49,681 bases of DNA, from assembly GCA_051439505.1 (NCBI GenBank), contig JBFRWI010000112.1, positions 1 through 49,681 of the forward strand, in the 5' to 3' direction. The position numbers and the translations under genes were made by a program. This stretch comes from Hormoscilla sp. (lineage in GTDB: Bacteria; Cyanobacteriota; Cyanobacteriia; Cyanobacteriales; Desertifilaceae). Below, in pieces: positions 21,327 through 30,777 of this stretch (position 1 is its first letter; each line of letters starts with the position of its first letter). Under the pieces are notes generated by a model. The model saw only the letters and a program-made list of their open reading frames with translations. It was not told the DNA's origin and made no database searches.

Positions 21327-21647
21327 ATGATATCACGCGATCGCATTAATACACGTAATGGGGCGATCGCATGTTGTCAGGAAAGATAAATTTTGCGAAC
21401 GGGGCCGGGGCACGGCGGTACGAACATTTTCCATTTTTCCGCTCATTTGTGGATGCCGTGCCCCTACATTATGTATGCGCTCGTCAGAATACATGTTATG
21501 GGGCGATCGCATTATCGTCATGGTATAAAGAGACCAGTAATGTAGGGGCACGGCATCCATAACGTTTCTGTCTAAACGAAAATCTATCTATTGCCGTGCC
21601 TCGGCGCCCAGACACGATCGCATTAATACATGTTTAGGGGCGATCGC
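21327..21647. repeat. HIP1-delimited mosaic array of REP-like hairpins, right part
   Basis: same module types as 19377-20238 (hairpins at 21401 and 21542; HIP1 pairs at 21337/21363, 21477/21503, 21614/21640). Confidence 0.9.
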
Positions 21648-21689
21648 GTTAGCGGGTACATCGTCAGAACCCGTTCCCATTCGATTTTC

Positions 21690-21865
21690 GTAGGTTAGGT
21701 TTACGTTCCGAACCCAACATGCGATGACGCTAACAACATATCTAGGTTGGGTTTCGTGCCTCTACCCAACCTACTACTAACTGTATCATCATTAAATCAA
21801 AATGGTATTAGTCGGTTTTAACCGACTTTAGCTATTAGCCGGGGGTTTGAACCCCCGGCGGGCTG
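21690..21865. repeat. GTAG-type REP doublet and GGGGGTTTGAACCCCC hairpin repeat
   Basis: GTAGGTTAGGTT..AACCCAAC / GGTTGGGTTTC..CCCAACCTAC (relative near 28925); AGTCGGTTTTAACCGACT-TAGCTATTAGCCGGGGGTTTGAACCCCCGGCGG (relatives at 47430-47710). Confidence 0.75.
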
Positions 21866-21910
21866 ACAGCGAAGTGAAAGATTAACAATTAGCCATTAGC
21901 AATTCACAAT

Positions 21911-22198
21911 TCACAAATCCTGAGACAAAAACTCCACTTTGGGAATGAGGGGGTCAACAACCAGGCCCACGCCAGTAAAATCCCAACGTTTCAGCAGATT
22001 TTTTAACTGAGTTTCCGGAACCGCCTCTACAGCAAAGCGCGAGGCCATATCTGCCCCGTGAGTATTGATAAAACTGCGGGCGTCGAAGTCTTCACGAAAC
22101 ATCAGTAAATAGCCCGACCCCTCACTCCCATCTGGATGGGCTGCCAGATATTGACCATCTTGTTGGGAACGCAGTATATAATGGACTTGAAAAGACAT
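21911..22198 (-). CDS. conserved cyanobacterial hypothetical protein
   Basis: clean ORF; DGQYLAAHP..YLLMFREDFDARSF..LKRW.FTGVGLV.DPL.P. Confidence 0.75.
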   Translation of the reverse strand: MSFQVHYILRSQQDGQYLAAHPDGSEGSGYLLMFREDFDARSFINTHGADMASRFAVEAVPETQLKNLLKRWDFTGVGLVVDPLIPKVEFLSQDL

Positions 22199-22356
22199 AT
22201 AGCTAATCTCGGCATTGATGTGGTACAGATTTCATCGTTGATTTGTCATTGCGAGGGGGGGAACGTAGCGATCAACTTATGCTTTATGAGATAACCCCCC
22301 CCCCGAAGCAATCTCCCCAACAACATATCACAGTAATTTGATAACTGCTATAATGA

Positions 22357-23349
22357 TTATTTGAGGTCTTCTAGTTTAATTCTCGGATCGACAAATTTCA
22401 GCAGTAAATCTGCCAAGAGATTGCCGACAATCAACATTACAGCCCCCATCATCAGGCTGGCCATCACCAGATAGAGATCGATCGCAGTTACCGCCTGCAA
22501 GATCAGACGTCCCAAACCCGGCCAGTTAAAGAAAGTTTCCGCAATGAAAGCACCACTCAACAAGCTAGCAAATTCAAAACCCAACAAGGTAATCAGGGGA
22601 TTAACTGCATTGCGGAGTGCATGCACGTAGAGTACCCGATTTTCTGGCAATCCCTTAGCACGGGCCGTGCGAATATAGTCTTGGCGCAAAACATCCAACA
22701 GCTGTCCCCGAGTCAGACGCTGCAAACCGGCAAAACTGGTGATACTCAAGGCCAAGGTAGGCAAGAACATGTGCCAACCGATATCTAATACCTTCCCAAA
22801 CCAGGATAAGTCAGCGTGGTCGATGCTGGTCATCCCACCCACAGGGAACAGAGGCGAAAGATTCTGGGCTAAAAACAGCAGCAACAGGGCCGTGATGAAA
22901 CTGGGAAAACCCTGACCCGTGTAGCTGATGACTCGCAAAATTTGGTCAATTCTGTTATTTTGGTTAATAGCTCCTACTATCCCCAGAGGAAGCGCGATCG
23001 CCCAGGTAACCGCCAAGGACGCGATCGCCAGCAGCAGGGTATTGGGAATTCGTTCCCACAGCAGAGAGGCCACCGATCGCTGGTAAACAAAACTGGTACC
23101 AAAATCTCCAGCAGTAACAATTCGCGATAGCCAGCGACCATATTGTACAATTGCCGGTTGATCCAAGCCAAACTGTTGGCGAAGTTCATCAATTCTTTCC
23201 GGCGAAATCTGCGGATTTTGTTGTAACGTAGTCAGATAATCACCGGGAGCAAGCTGAATAATTAAAAAGCACAGCGCCGATGCCAACAACAGGGTCAACA
23301 GGGCCTGCAACAACCTTTTCATTACATAGAGAAACGCTTCATTGGTCAT
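22357..23349 (-). CDS. peptide/nickel ABC transporter permease (OppB/DppB type)
   Basis: LAPGD, GDFGTSF, DYIRTARAKGL, ETFFNWPGLG, DPRIK. Confidence 0.92.
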   Translation of the reverse strand: MTNEAFLYVMKRLLQALLTLLLASALCFLIIQLAPGDYLTTLQQNPQISPERIDELRQQFGLDQPAIVQYGRWLSRIVTAGDFGTSFVYQRSVASLLWERIPNTLLLAIASLAVTWAIALPLGIVGAINQNNRIDQILRVISYTGQGFPSFITALLLLFLAQNLSPLFPVGGMTSIDHADLSWFGKVLDIGWHMFLPTLALSITSFAGLQRLTRGQLLDVLRQDYIRTARAKGLPENRVLYVHALRNAVNPLITLLGFEFASLLSGAFIAETFFNWPGLGRLILQAVTAIDLYLVMASLMMGAVMLIVGNLLADLLLKFVDPRIKLEDLK

Positions 23350-23410
23350 TGTAATTGCTAATTGCTAATCGCTAATTGCGCTCCGGTGTACGGCAAGTGC
23401 AGCCACAGGT

Positions 23411-23926
23411 TTAATACTCAACCAGGGTAATCACCGGCACATCTGCGGGCAGGCGATCGCGCCCACCGAGAGCCTTAAGTTCAATAATAAAAGCAAAGCC
23501 CACCAGTTGGCAGTCTGCCTGCTGCACTAACTCAGCAGTAGCACTAGCAGTTCCACCAGTAGCAATCAGATCGTCTACAATCAGAACGCGGCTTCCTGGC
23601 GACATCGCATCTTGATGCAGTTCCAGCCGGTCTTTACCGTACTCCAGATCGTACTCAGCGGCATAAACAGCTGCTGGGAGCTTACCCGGTTTGCGGACCG
23701 GAATAAACCCACAACCCAGTTGATAAGCTAGCACCGTGCCGAAAATAAAGCCCCTTGACTCCATTCCCAGCACATAATCTGGCGATAAATTAGAGCAGTT
23801 AGCACCAAGACGGTCTATGGTGTAGCGCAGTCCTGCGGGGTCGCGCAGGAGGGTAGTGATATCCCGAAACATAATACCCGGTTTGGGAAAGTCCGGAATG
23901 TCGCGAATCAGAGACTTGAGATCCAT
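23411..23926 (-). CDS. apt: adenine phosphoribosyltransferase
   Basis: [41 protein letters not shown]. Confidence 0.97.
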   Translation of the reverse strand: MDLKSLIRDIPDFPKPGIMFRDITTLLRDPAGLRYTIDRLGANCSNLSPDYVLGMESRGFIFGTVLAYQLGCGFIPVRKPGKLPAAVYAAEYDLEYGKDRLELHQDAMSPGSRVLIVDDLIATGGTASATAELVQQADCQLVGFAFIIELKALGGRDRLPADVPVITLVEY

Positions 23927-24145
23927 AAAGTTTGTCTTACCTCAACAACAGGGTTACCTGAGAAGCATCGAGCCTGTCAGGATATGCCTAAAAATCGTAC
24001 AGTAGATAGGTAGGGTTTGAGATCCATCAGTCAGCCCCACAAGCGGCGACACCCATCGGTTATGGTAATGGTGAAATCAGATCCTTATCCCCTGGCCTGG
24101 TCCCCTGGCCCAGTACATGCACTTGCACCTTTGCCCATTGCCAAA

Positions 24146-24772
24146 ATGAATGTGACGCATAGCGTAATGCCAACCAACAGTCCACCCGCCCAGCCAAACC
24201 CACTCACAATATCAAGTTTGTCCGATCCACCACTGAGAGATTGGGTCTGTCCCCGTCGCACCAGGTGGCAAATTGACCTAATTTTACTAGCAATTGAGGC
24301 ATTGGATCTGGGCGGCTCCCAAGCCATGCTAGCAGCCTCAGAGCAGTTGGAACTGCGAGGGATTATTAAAAATCGGGTATCTCTTTGGCGCTTACGCAAC
24401 ACTAACCCTTTCCGCCGATCGCACGCACGCCGCAATTTAAGCATCACGGAAGCTAAGGCCCTGGTGGCGATCGCCTGCCATTTGGCAAGGCGGCAGACAG
24501 TATTGCTCCGGCAGTTATTATTAGACTACGAACAACTTATGCGCAAGGATCTGCCGCTGGAAAACCATTTTCGACTCTCGAACTACACCGAACGCTTCGG
24601 GACCCACTTCCGGAGTCGGATGAATCTACGTCGTTCTAGTATGGCCGTTTATCGGGAAGATGACCAGTTAAATCGGTTAGCGATGAAAATGTTGAACCAG
24701 CTATTATTCTGTACTGGCACCTATGGGATGCAAAGGTTTTGGACCAGTTTGTTTGATGGAGAGGTGGCATGA
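24146..24772 (+). CDS. DUF3038 family protein
   Basis: IDLILLAIEALDL, NRVSLWRLRNTNP, LLFCTGTYGMQRFWTSLFDGEV; start uncertain (ORF is open from 24017). Confidence 0.85.
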   Translation: MNVTHSVMPTNSPPAQPNPLTISSLSDPPLRDWVCPRRTRWQIDLILLAIEALDLGGSQAMLAASEQLELRGIIKNRVSLWRLRNTNPFRRSHARRNLSITEAKALVAIACHLARRQTVLLRQLLLDYEQLMRKDLPLENHFRLSNYTERFGTHFRSRMNLRRSSMAVYREDDQLNRLAMKMLNQLLFCTGTYGMQRFWTSLFDGEVA

Positions 24773-26133
24773 GCATTCAGCGTCTGTATAGTCTACCCAA
24801 TTGCACTTTGAGACTAGAGGGAACCAATGCTGAGGGTTCGCCCCTCGTCCTGTCGAATTTGACCTCCGCAGAATGTCAATTCCCCGAGATCCAGCAGTCT
24901 CTCACTGGCGGAAAGGAATTTTTGGCCAGTTTGGTAACGGCAGTTAGCCGCTATGGCCAAGCATTTCTGAGTGGGGTGCATGTAAGCGATCGCCAGTCCC
25001 CTAGTTCCACACCGGTGCATTTGGAGAGACTCGGGGAAAACCAACATCGGTTGATCGCGCAACTAACCGGTACACAGCCAATTCAGATCGATTTGACTAC
25101 AGTGCAGCTATTTGATTTGGTGGAGGCCATAGATCAGTTTTTTGCTGATACTCAGACTTTGCCCGATCTATTTCCAGCCTGGAAGCCAGTTTCCCAGAGA
25201 TATGTCCAGGCTAGCGTGCCAGTGGCACAGCGGGCCGCACCAGCAGCTTTGGGCATCTCTGGTTTGGCATTGGCCGCGATCGCATTTTTCTTCATGCCCG
25301 TTCCGGAAATCGAACGCCCAACCGAACCAGCGTCGGGGTCTGAGACTAGCGAATCAACGGAAGATAACCTGGCCACTCCCGAACCAGAGCCGATTTCAGT
25401 AGAACCCCCTAATCCCGAACCGAGTTCGCAGACCCCACCCACCCAAAGGCGATCGTCCCTAGGAGAGTTAGAGGATGTTTTCAATTCATCTGCTGAAATC
25501 ACCGATTCCACCCAGCTTTCTAAATTAAATTGGAGACTGTTCGAGCAAGTTGACCGGGCCTGGTCCGACAGGTCCAATCTTGATGGAGAATTAGTCTACC
25601 GTGTCACTACAGGTAGCGATGGAGCAATTTTGGGTTACAAGCCTGTCAATCAGGGCGCGATCGAGTTAGGAGTAGAAAATACTCCTCTAGCTGATTTAGT
25701 TTACATTCCTACTGAGAGCAGTAAAAACCCATCAGAACCCATTGCCCAGTTCAAGGTAGTGTTTACGCCCACAGGAGTTGTCCAGGTGAGTCCGTGGTGG
25801 GGATATACCGAACCCCCCAAGGTGACTTCTCAAATTACAGATCCATCTGTAGTAGATAATTTGAACCAAACCCTTTACGATCTGATCGATCGCAATTGGA
25901 AAGCAACACCTACCTTCGATGGAGACTTGCTTTATCGCGTGGGCGTGAGCGAAGATGGCAAAATCGCCGACTACGAACCACTCAATCAATCCGCTTACTC
26001 CTACCGCGATCGGACTCCCCTCCCCAGCTTACGAGAGAAAGAACGATCGCTATTGAATCAGCCTCAAGCTCAATTTAAAGTCATCTTTACTCCCACTGGA
26101 ACCATACAAGTCACCCCTTGGCAAGGTTATTAA
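24769..26133 (+). CDS. DUF4335 family protein
   Basis: YSLPNCTLRLEG, LTTVQLFDLVEAIDQF, TM helix, duplicated C-terminal domain; ATGA overlap with DUF3038. Confidence 0.85.
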   Translation: MSIQRLYSLPNCTLRLEGTNAEGSPLVLSNLTSAECQFPEIQQSLTGGKEFLASLVTAVSRYGQAFLSGVHVSDRQSPSSTPVHLERLGENQHRLIAQLTGTQPIQIDLTTVQLFDLVEAIDQFFADTQTLPDLFPAWKPVSQRYVQASVPVAQRAAPAALGISGLALAAIAFFFMPVPEIERPTEPASGSETSESTEDNLATPEPEPISVEPPNPEPSSQTPPTQRRSSLGELEDVFNSSAEITDSTQLSKLNWRLFEQVDRAWSDRSNLDGELVYRVTTGSDGAILGYKPVNQGAIELGVENTPLADLVYIPTESSKNPSEPIAQFKVVFTPTGVVQVSPWWGYTEPPKVTSQITDPSVVDNLNQTLYDLIDRNWKATPTFDGDLLYRVGVSEDGKIADYEPLNQSAYSYRDRTPLPSLREKERSLLNQPQAQFKVIFTPTGTIQVTPWQGY

Positions 26134-26272
26134 ATCATTGCCCTTCCCGGTCCAGAGTCCGATAGCACGATCGACATATAGCAGTTTAACCCAAATCAAC
26201 CAAGAGATTGACACGAGAAGAGCGAGGACCGTCTGCTGAAATTATTGCCATCATTGACGAGCGCAAACTTGA

Positions 26273-26350
26273 CTATATCTTCAACTGATTTGCAAAGATA
26301 GCTGTAGCGACGATCGCATTCGGATCTAACAAATAACGTTCACCACTCAT
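26273..26350 (-). pseudogene. PIN/VapC toxin remnant with internal deletion
   Basis: MSGERYLLDPNAIVA-TAIFANQLKI*: PIN N-terminal YLLDxN motif joined directly to an ATAI-like C-terminal motif; overlaps the antitoxin stop. Confidence 0.65.
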
Positions 26351-26564
26351 TTCTGAGACTCCTCTGCATTGCGACTGCATCGGACTGCCAAGTTAATTTA
26401 CCCACCAAATCCGAGAAATCATACTTGACTCGCTGCTTCTCGACTGAGGAAACAGGATTATACACAATGATAATATTTACCTCAGATGTCGCTAATTGCG
26501 TCGGAATTTTCAGATTCACACAACCAGATTCATCAGTCAAAGCGCTCAGTTAATGAACTTCCAT
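26340..26564 (-). pseudogene. putative antitoxin with nonsense codon 5
   Basis: ATG GAA GTT CAT TAA CTG AGC GCT TTG...: in-frame TAA at 26550-26552; C-terminus YDFSDLVGKLTW..DAVAMQRSLRNEW. Confidence 0.65.
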
Positions 26565-26782
26565 AATCTGAAAAAGTGAATAGTGTATGGAGTGCTGATG
26601 AGGCAAATTAGTTGGTTTTGGTGGGGTTCCGATATAAGGGGGTTCCCGAGTGAGAGGATGAGGGGGTACACAGATGACCGGAGTTCTCGCGGGGTGCAGG
26701 GCGAAGCTAGGAATCGGATATCTGTCAAGTTATGTCATAATTGGTCGCCCAAATGCTTCGCCCCTACAGTTATCGGCAGTCC

Positions 26783-27643
26783 TTAGCGATAGACTTGGGG
26801 ACCGGCCCAAGCGTGGTTGACTAGATTACCAAAAATCAGCGGTCGATCGCCCGTGGCCAGGAAAGTTTTGCCCTCCGAATTCACCGCCAACATGGACCAG
26901 TCTTCTTCACCCAAGTTACCAGTGCGGAACAGCACTTGACCGGGATAGTTTTGAGACCACCCCAGCAAGATCGCATTGGTATAGGGGTCGCTATCGGGAA
27001 TAATAGTGCTCGTGCGGTTAGACTGCCGGTGCCAAATTACCGCATAATCCGATACATTGGAAGAACTAAACAGACCTTCAAATTGCCGCCCCAGAATGCG
27101 ATCGCCCGTTGGGGACCAAGCTACTGGAATCAACATGGTAATCACACCAGGGATTTGCGAGTCTTTGTTAGTCTTATGGGGATTATGGGCCAGAGGGGAC
27201 GAAGCTGTAATCACCTGCAAATCTCCAGTCTTGAGATTTTCCAGGAACATTACACTGCTGACGCGACTCCGGTGCAACTCCGGCTGCACTTGCAACTGGA
27301 TTCGGCTATAGGCAGCATACTCGCCATCTGGAGAAACCAATGAGGGACTGCGATAATGGCGAATCCCCGAACCAACGGTTTGACTAACTTCGGCATGAGT
27401 TTTCATTACCCAATTCCAGGGTACTGGATAGGGACTATTGAGAGGATCCTCCTGCTGGAATGATGAACCTGGGCTGAAAGTAGATGCGGACCGTTCCGTA
27501 GCTTTAACCGGTGCTGAAGACCCGAACATCCGCTCAGTCAGAGCAGATGGTCTGGCCAGCAGCAGAGCAGTTGTCAAGAGCAACAGAAATGGCTTTGGGT
27601 AAAACGAACCTGAATTAATTAGGCGCTTGAACATCCTCTTCAT
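26783..27643 (-). CDS. conserved cyanobacterial hypothetical protein, probably exported
   Basis: hydrophobic N-terminus; DPLNSPYPVPWNWV, YRSPSLVSPDGEYAAYSRI. Confidence 0.8.
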   Translation of the reverse strand: MKRMFKRLINSGSFYPKPFLLLLTTALLLARPSALTERMFGSSAPVKATERSASTFSPGSSFQQEDPLNSPYPVPWNWVMKTHAEVSQTVGSGIRHYRSPSLVSPDGEYAAYSRIQLQVQPELHRSRVSSVMFLENLKTGDLQVITASSPLAHNPHKTNKDSQIPGVITMLIPVAWSPTGDRILGRQFEGLFSSSNVSDYAVIWHRQSNRTSTIIPDSDPYTNAILLGWSQNYPGQVLFRTGNLGEEDWSMLAVNSEGKTFLATGDRPLIFGNLVNHAWAGPQVYR

Positions 27644-28007
27644 CTCTCTAAATTGACATCTTGTCTGAGTTGCCAGGGCACAGCGCGATCCTAACGGACT
27701 TCTATATCATCGGTCGTCAGTTATCAGCACCATCGTCCGTCCAGAGGCAATCATGTAGAATCAGCAAAAATACTTATTTGCGAGCGGCCCCTACCCAGCT
27801 GTCCCTCACCAGTTTCTCCATGATTATACCACAATCCCGATTTTTCGCGCAGCGTGCGTGCTTTGCTGCTTCGGTGAAATTATTAATTTCCTAAATCTTG
27901 ACTATATTTGTCTAAAAAAGAGCAGATAAAAGACAATTGAGAACAATTGGAATTGGCATGTATACTTTGAAAGGTTCAGACGAGTCAGTATTTAACAAGT
28001 TAAGCTA

Positions 28008-28844
28008 TTGGCATGGTATATCCCTGACAGCAAACAATCCGTGACTGAATATGATGAAATCCTGGAAACATCGAGGCCAACATTGGCTAGCAGCTTAATG
28101 CGGCTGTTACTGGTGGTGATATTGAGACTGTTGCTTCTAGGAGTGGGAGGAAGTTTCTCTTTTATCTCGGGAGTGGTATGGGCCCATTTCTATCCAGCAA
28201 AAAACGCTAAAATGCCCTTAGTAGAAAAAGTCCAGCGCCGTTCTTTGACCCAGACGATCGCCGACCTTAAACGCCAGTTAAGCAATACATCAGGCCATGT
28301 CACGCTAACGCCGTTACAAAGGCAAAACTTACAAGCGCAGTTAACCCAGTTGCAGTCCCAGTTGCAGAATTTGCGCGATCGCACAGCGGCCCTAGAAACT
28401 GAAATCATGGGGTCCAGTTCCAAACTATCAATTGAAGCCCGCCTGGAGATCGTATCCGAGCAACTAGATCCCAACAATTCCGGTTTGTACCGGAGACCGC
28501 CCACCTTCATGGCTATCCTACCCAGCGATATTTTCTTCCCAGGAGACCAAACCACTCTTAATCCCAATCAGCAAGCAATCTTAGATAGTATCATTAGCGA
28601 GATGTCTCCCTACGAGGGCTCCACTGTACGCATCGCCGCCCATACGGATAATGTGGGTGACGCCCAAGATAACCTCCTACTCTCATTACAAAGAGCACAA
28701 GTTGTCAAGCAATATCTCGCCGCAGCGAAGGGCGATAAGTATCGCTGGTATGCGATCGGATACGGAGAAAGTCGCCCCCAAGTGGGCAATGATACTGATA
28801 GCAAACGACAACTCAACCGTCGCCTGGAAATCTATATTGATTAA
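28008..28844 (+). CDS. OmpA/MotB domain protein
   Basis: TM helix, coiled coil, HTDNVG..N..LS..RA..V, GYGESRP, NRRLEI; start may be GTG at 28041. Confidence 0.88.
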   Translation: MAWYIPDSKQSVTEYDEILETSRPTLASSLMRLLLVVILRLLLLGVGGSFSFISGVVWAHFYPAKNAKMPLVEKVQRRSLTQTIADLKRQLSNTSGHVTLTPLQRQNLQAQLTQLQSQLQNLRDRTAALETEIMGSSSKLSIEARLEIVSEQLDPNNSGLYRRPPTFMAILPSDIFFPGDQTTLNPNQQAILDSIISEMSPYEGSTVRIAAHTDNVGDAQDNLLLSLQRAQVVKQYLAAAKGDKYRWYAIGYGESRPQVGNDTDSKRQLNRRLEIYID

Positions 28845-28985
28845 GGATAATTGCGTAGGACTTGTCTCGCCTGTCCCGTAGTCCGGGCCGAGTGCCGGCC
28901 CAGCTGCCAAAAATTAGATGCAGCGGTTGGGTTTCCGCACGAAACCCAACCTAAGCCTGACAATTGTTAATTGTTAATTGTCAAT

Positions 28986-29477
28986 TTAGCGATAGTTAGT
29001 AAACTGCAAGTCTATGGGGAAATCTTCCTGTTTTAGCAATTGAATCACCTGTTGCAGTTCATCTTTGGACTTAGCAGAAACCCGCACGGCATCCCCTTGA
29101 ATCGATCCTTGCACCTTTTTGAATTTATCGCGAATTAACTTGGTGATTTTTTTTCCTATTTCCTGGCTAATACCTTTCTTGAGTTTAATTTCTTGACGAA
29201 CCCGATCGCCGCTTGCTGATTCCACTTTACCGAAATCAAATATTTTCAGCGACAGATTTCGCTTCGCCGCTTTCGTCTGTAGGGCCGTGTGAACCGCCTG
29301 TAGGGTGAATTCGCTATCTGTATTTACCGTAATTACTTCCTCGCTTAATTCCAAGGTCGTCTTGGTATCTTTCAAGTCGTAGCGACTTTTGATTTCACGG
29401 TTAGTCTGGTCTAGGGCATTTACCAATTCTTGCTGGTCAAAGTCGCTGACAATATCAAAGGAATAGGTAGAAGCCAT
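28986..29477 (-). CDS. yajQ: YajQ family nucleotide/c-di-GMP binding protein
   Basis: [43 protein letters not shown]. Confidence 0.95.
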   Translation of the reverse strand: MASTYSFDIVSDFDQQELVNALDQTNREIKSRYDLKDTKTTLELSEEVITVNTDSEFTLQAVHTALQTKAAKRNLSLKIFDFGKVESASGDRVRQEIKLKKGISQEIGKKITKLIRDKFKKVQGSIQGDAVRVSAKSKDELQQVIQLLKQEDFPIDLQFTNYR

Positions 29478-29528
29478 AATTACTGTTCCTTTTCTCTTGA
29501 CTAATGGCTTAACTTATGGTCTGTCGGT

Positions 29529-29948
29529 CTAACTGCTGACTATCAACAGGCTTAAGACAATTAAAGTGATAGTGCAAACCTGGCCTATGCCAAACATGAG
29601 CGATCGGGCCAATGGCACATTGACAATATAAAACACCGAGTAGAGCAACCTCGCCCCCACAAAGACAACTGCTGCCAGAGCAGCAGCCGTCGCCTCGGTG
29701 CCGGTTACATAAGCCATCAATGCTGCTGCGGCATAGATCGAGAAAGTTTCAAAAGAGTTCTGGTGGGCCCAGGTTGCTCTTTTAGCATAATCCGGCAGCT
29801 TATCGAACAGGGCCCTGGGAGCCCCAAGATCGAACCCCACCTGGGCCCGTCCATAGGCCACCACCAAAAAAGGCAAATATATCAGCACCGCTGCTGCGGC
29901 AATGGAGTACAGCAGCATTGCTGACACTGGCAATTGCGATAAATCCAT
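29529..29948 (-). CDS. MAPEG family membrane protein
   Basis: PRALFDKLPDYAKRATWAHQNSFE; four TM helices. Confidence 0.9.
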   Translation of the reverse strand: MDLSQLPVSAMLLYSIAAAAVLIYLPFLVVAYGRAQVGFDLGAPRALFDKLPDYAKRATWAHQNSFETFSIYAAAALMAYVTGTEATAAALAAVVFVGARLLYSVFYIVNVPLARSLMFGIGQVCTITLIVLSLLIVSS

Positions 29949-29954
29949 GTTCCT

Positions 29955-30458
29955 CTAATCAAAATAGAACAAAGTCACCACCTTACGTTGCTCTTCCGCC
30001 TCGCGGCAGGTTTTCAGCAGCGTGGTGCTGTGGTGAAAGGCAAAACAGATCAACTGCTGGCATCTGGAGACGATCTCCGTATTGCACAAAGCACTAGCTT
30101 CTGCCAGTGACAGTTCATTGTTTTCCGGCTTTTCCACCAGATGGATCACCTTTTCCAGTTGCTGGCGAGATTCCCAGGGTTGACGATCTAAACTTTGGGG
30201 CAAAATCACCGTCAGCATGTTGGGGTTTGCCCGCATCGCCCCCCGGATCGCCGCCGCATTGGTGCCACCGGCACCTGAGGTAATCAGACGATTCCCGGTC
30301 TCTACCAGAGCATAGCTCATCAGCTCGATCAAATGCTGATGGGTGATCGGCACGTGACGCGACCCCAACAAGGCGATTCGCTTAGAGCTTGTTTGTTGGA
30401 TGGCCGCTAGCTCTTGCTCTAATGTATCAATCTTGGGTAGCTCGATCGATTGAATCAA
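29955..30458 (-). CDS. DprA/Smf-like Rossmann-fold protein (DNA recombination-mediator A family)
   Basis: IALLGSRH, ITSGAGGTNAAAIRGA, CFAFHHS. Confidence 0.8.
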   Translation of the reverse strand: MIQSIELPKIDTLEQELAAIQQTSSKRIALLGSRHVPITHQHLIELMSYALVETGNRLITSGAGGTNAAAIRGAMRANPNMLTVILPQSLDRQPWESRQQLEKVIHLVEKPENNELSLAEASALCNTEIVSRCQQLICFAFHHSTTLLKTCREAEEQRKVVTLFYFD

Positions 30459-30777
30459 AGCCAGTAGGTTTTATTTGGCTGAACAACCTAGCCATTCTAG
30501 CATATGTAGAGGAATTCTGGGTACAATTTAACCCTCTCAAAATTAAGAAACCTGGTTTTTACAGCAAACCAGGTTTCCGATATGCTAGTGAATCTGCGCG
30601 CAGTCAGCATTTATCCAGCTGCCCAGGCATCGCCCTCAGAGCGCTGCTACGAGTCGGCAACACATTACAGGAAATACCCGACGCTTTTCGGTGCAAAAGT
30701 AATTAATGTGCAACGCCTTTTTGTGCTAGGTATTGGCTCTTCGGGGTATTGCCTTTACCTTTGTTCCCTATTCACAT

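Noticed and set aside
19377..21647. CRISPR or TIGR-type array
   Set aside because: The segments between repeats fall into a few recurring families rather than unique spacers, unit lengths are irregular, and there are no cas or Nop-domain genes in the window
15220..21900. Integrase-mediated island at tRNA-Ala
   Set aside because: No duplicated tRNA 3' end (attR) was found and there is no integrase gene
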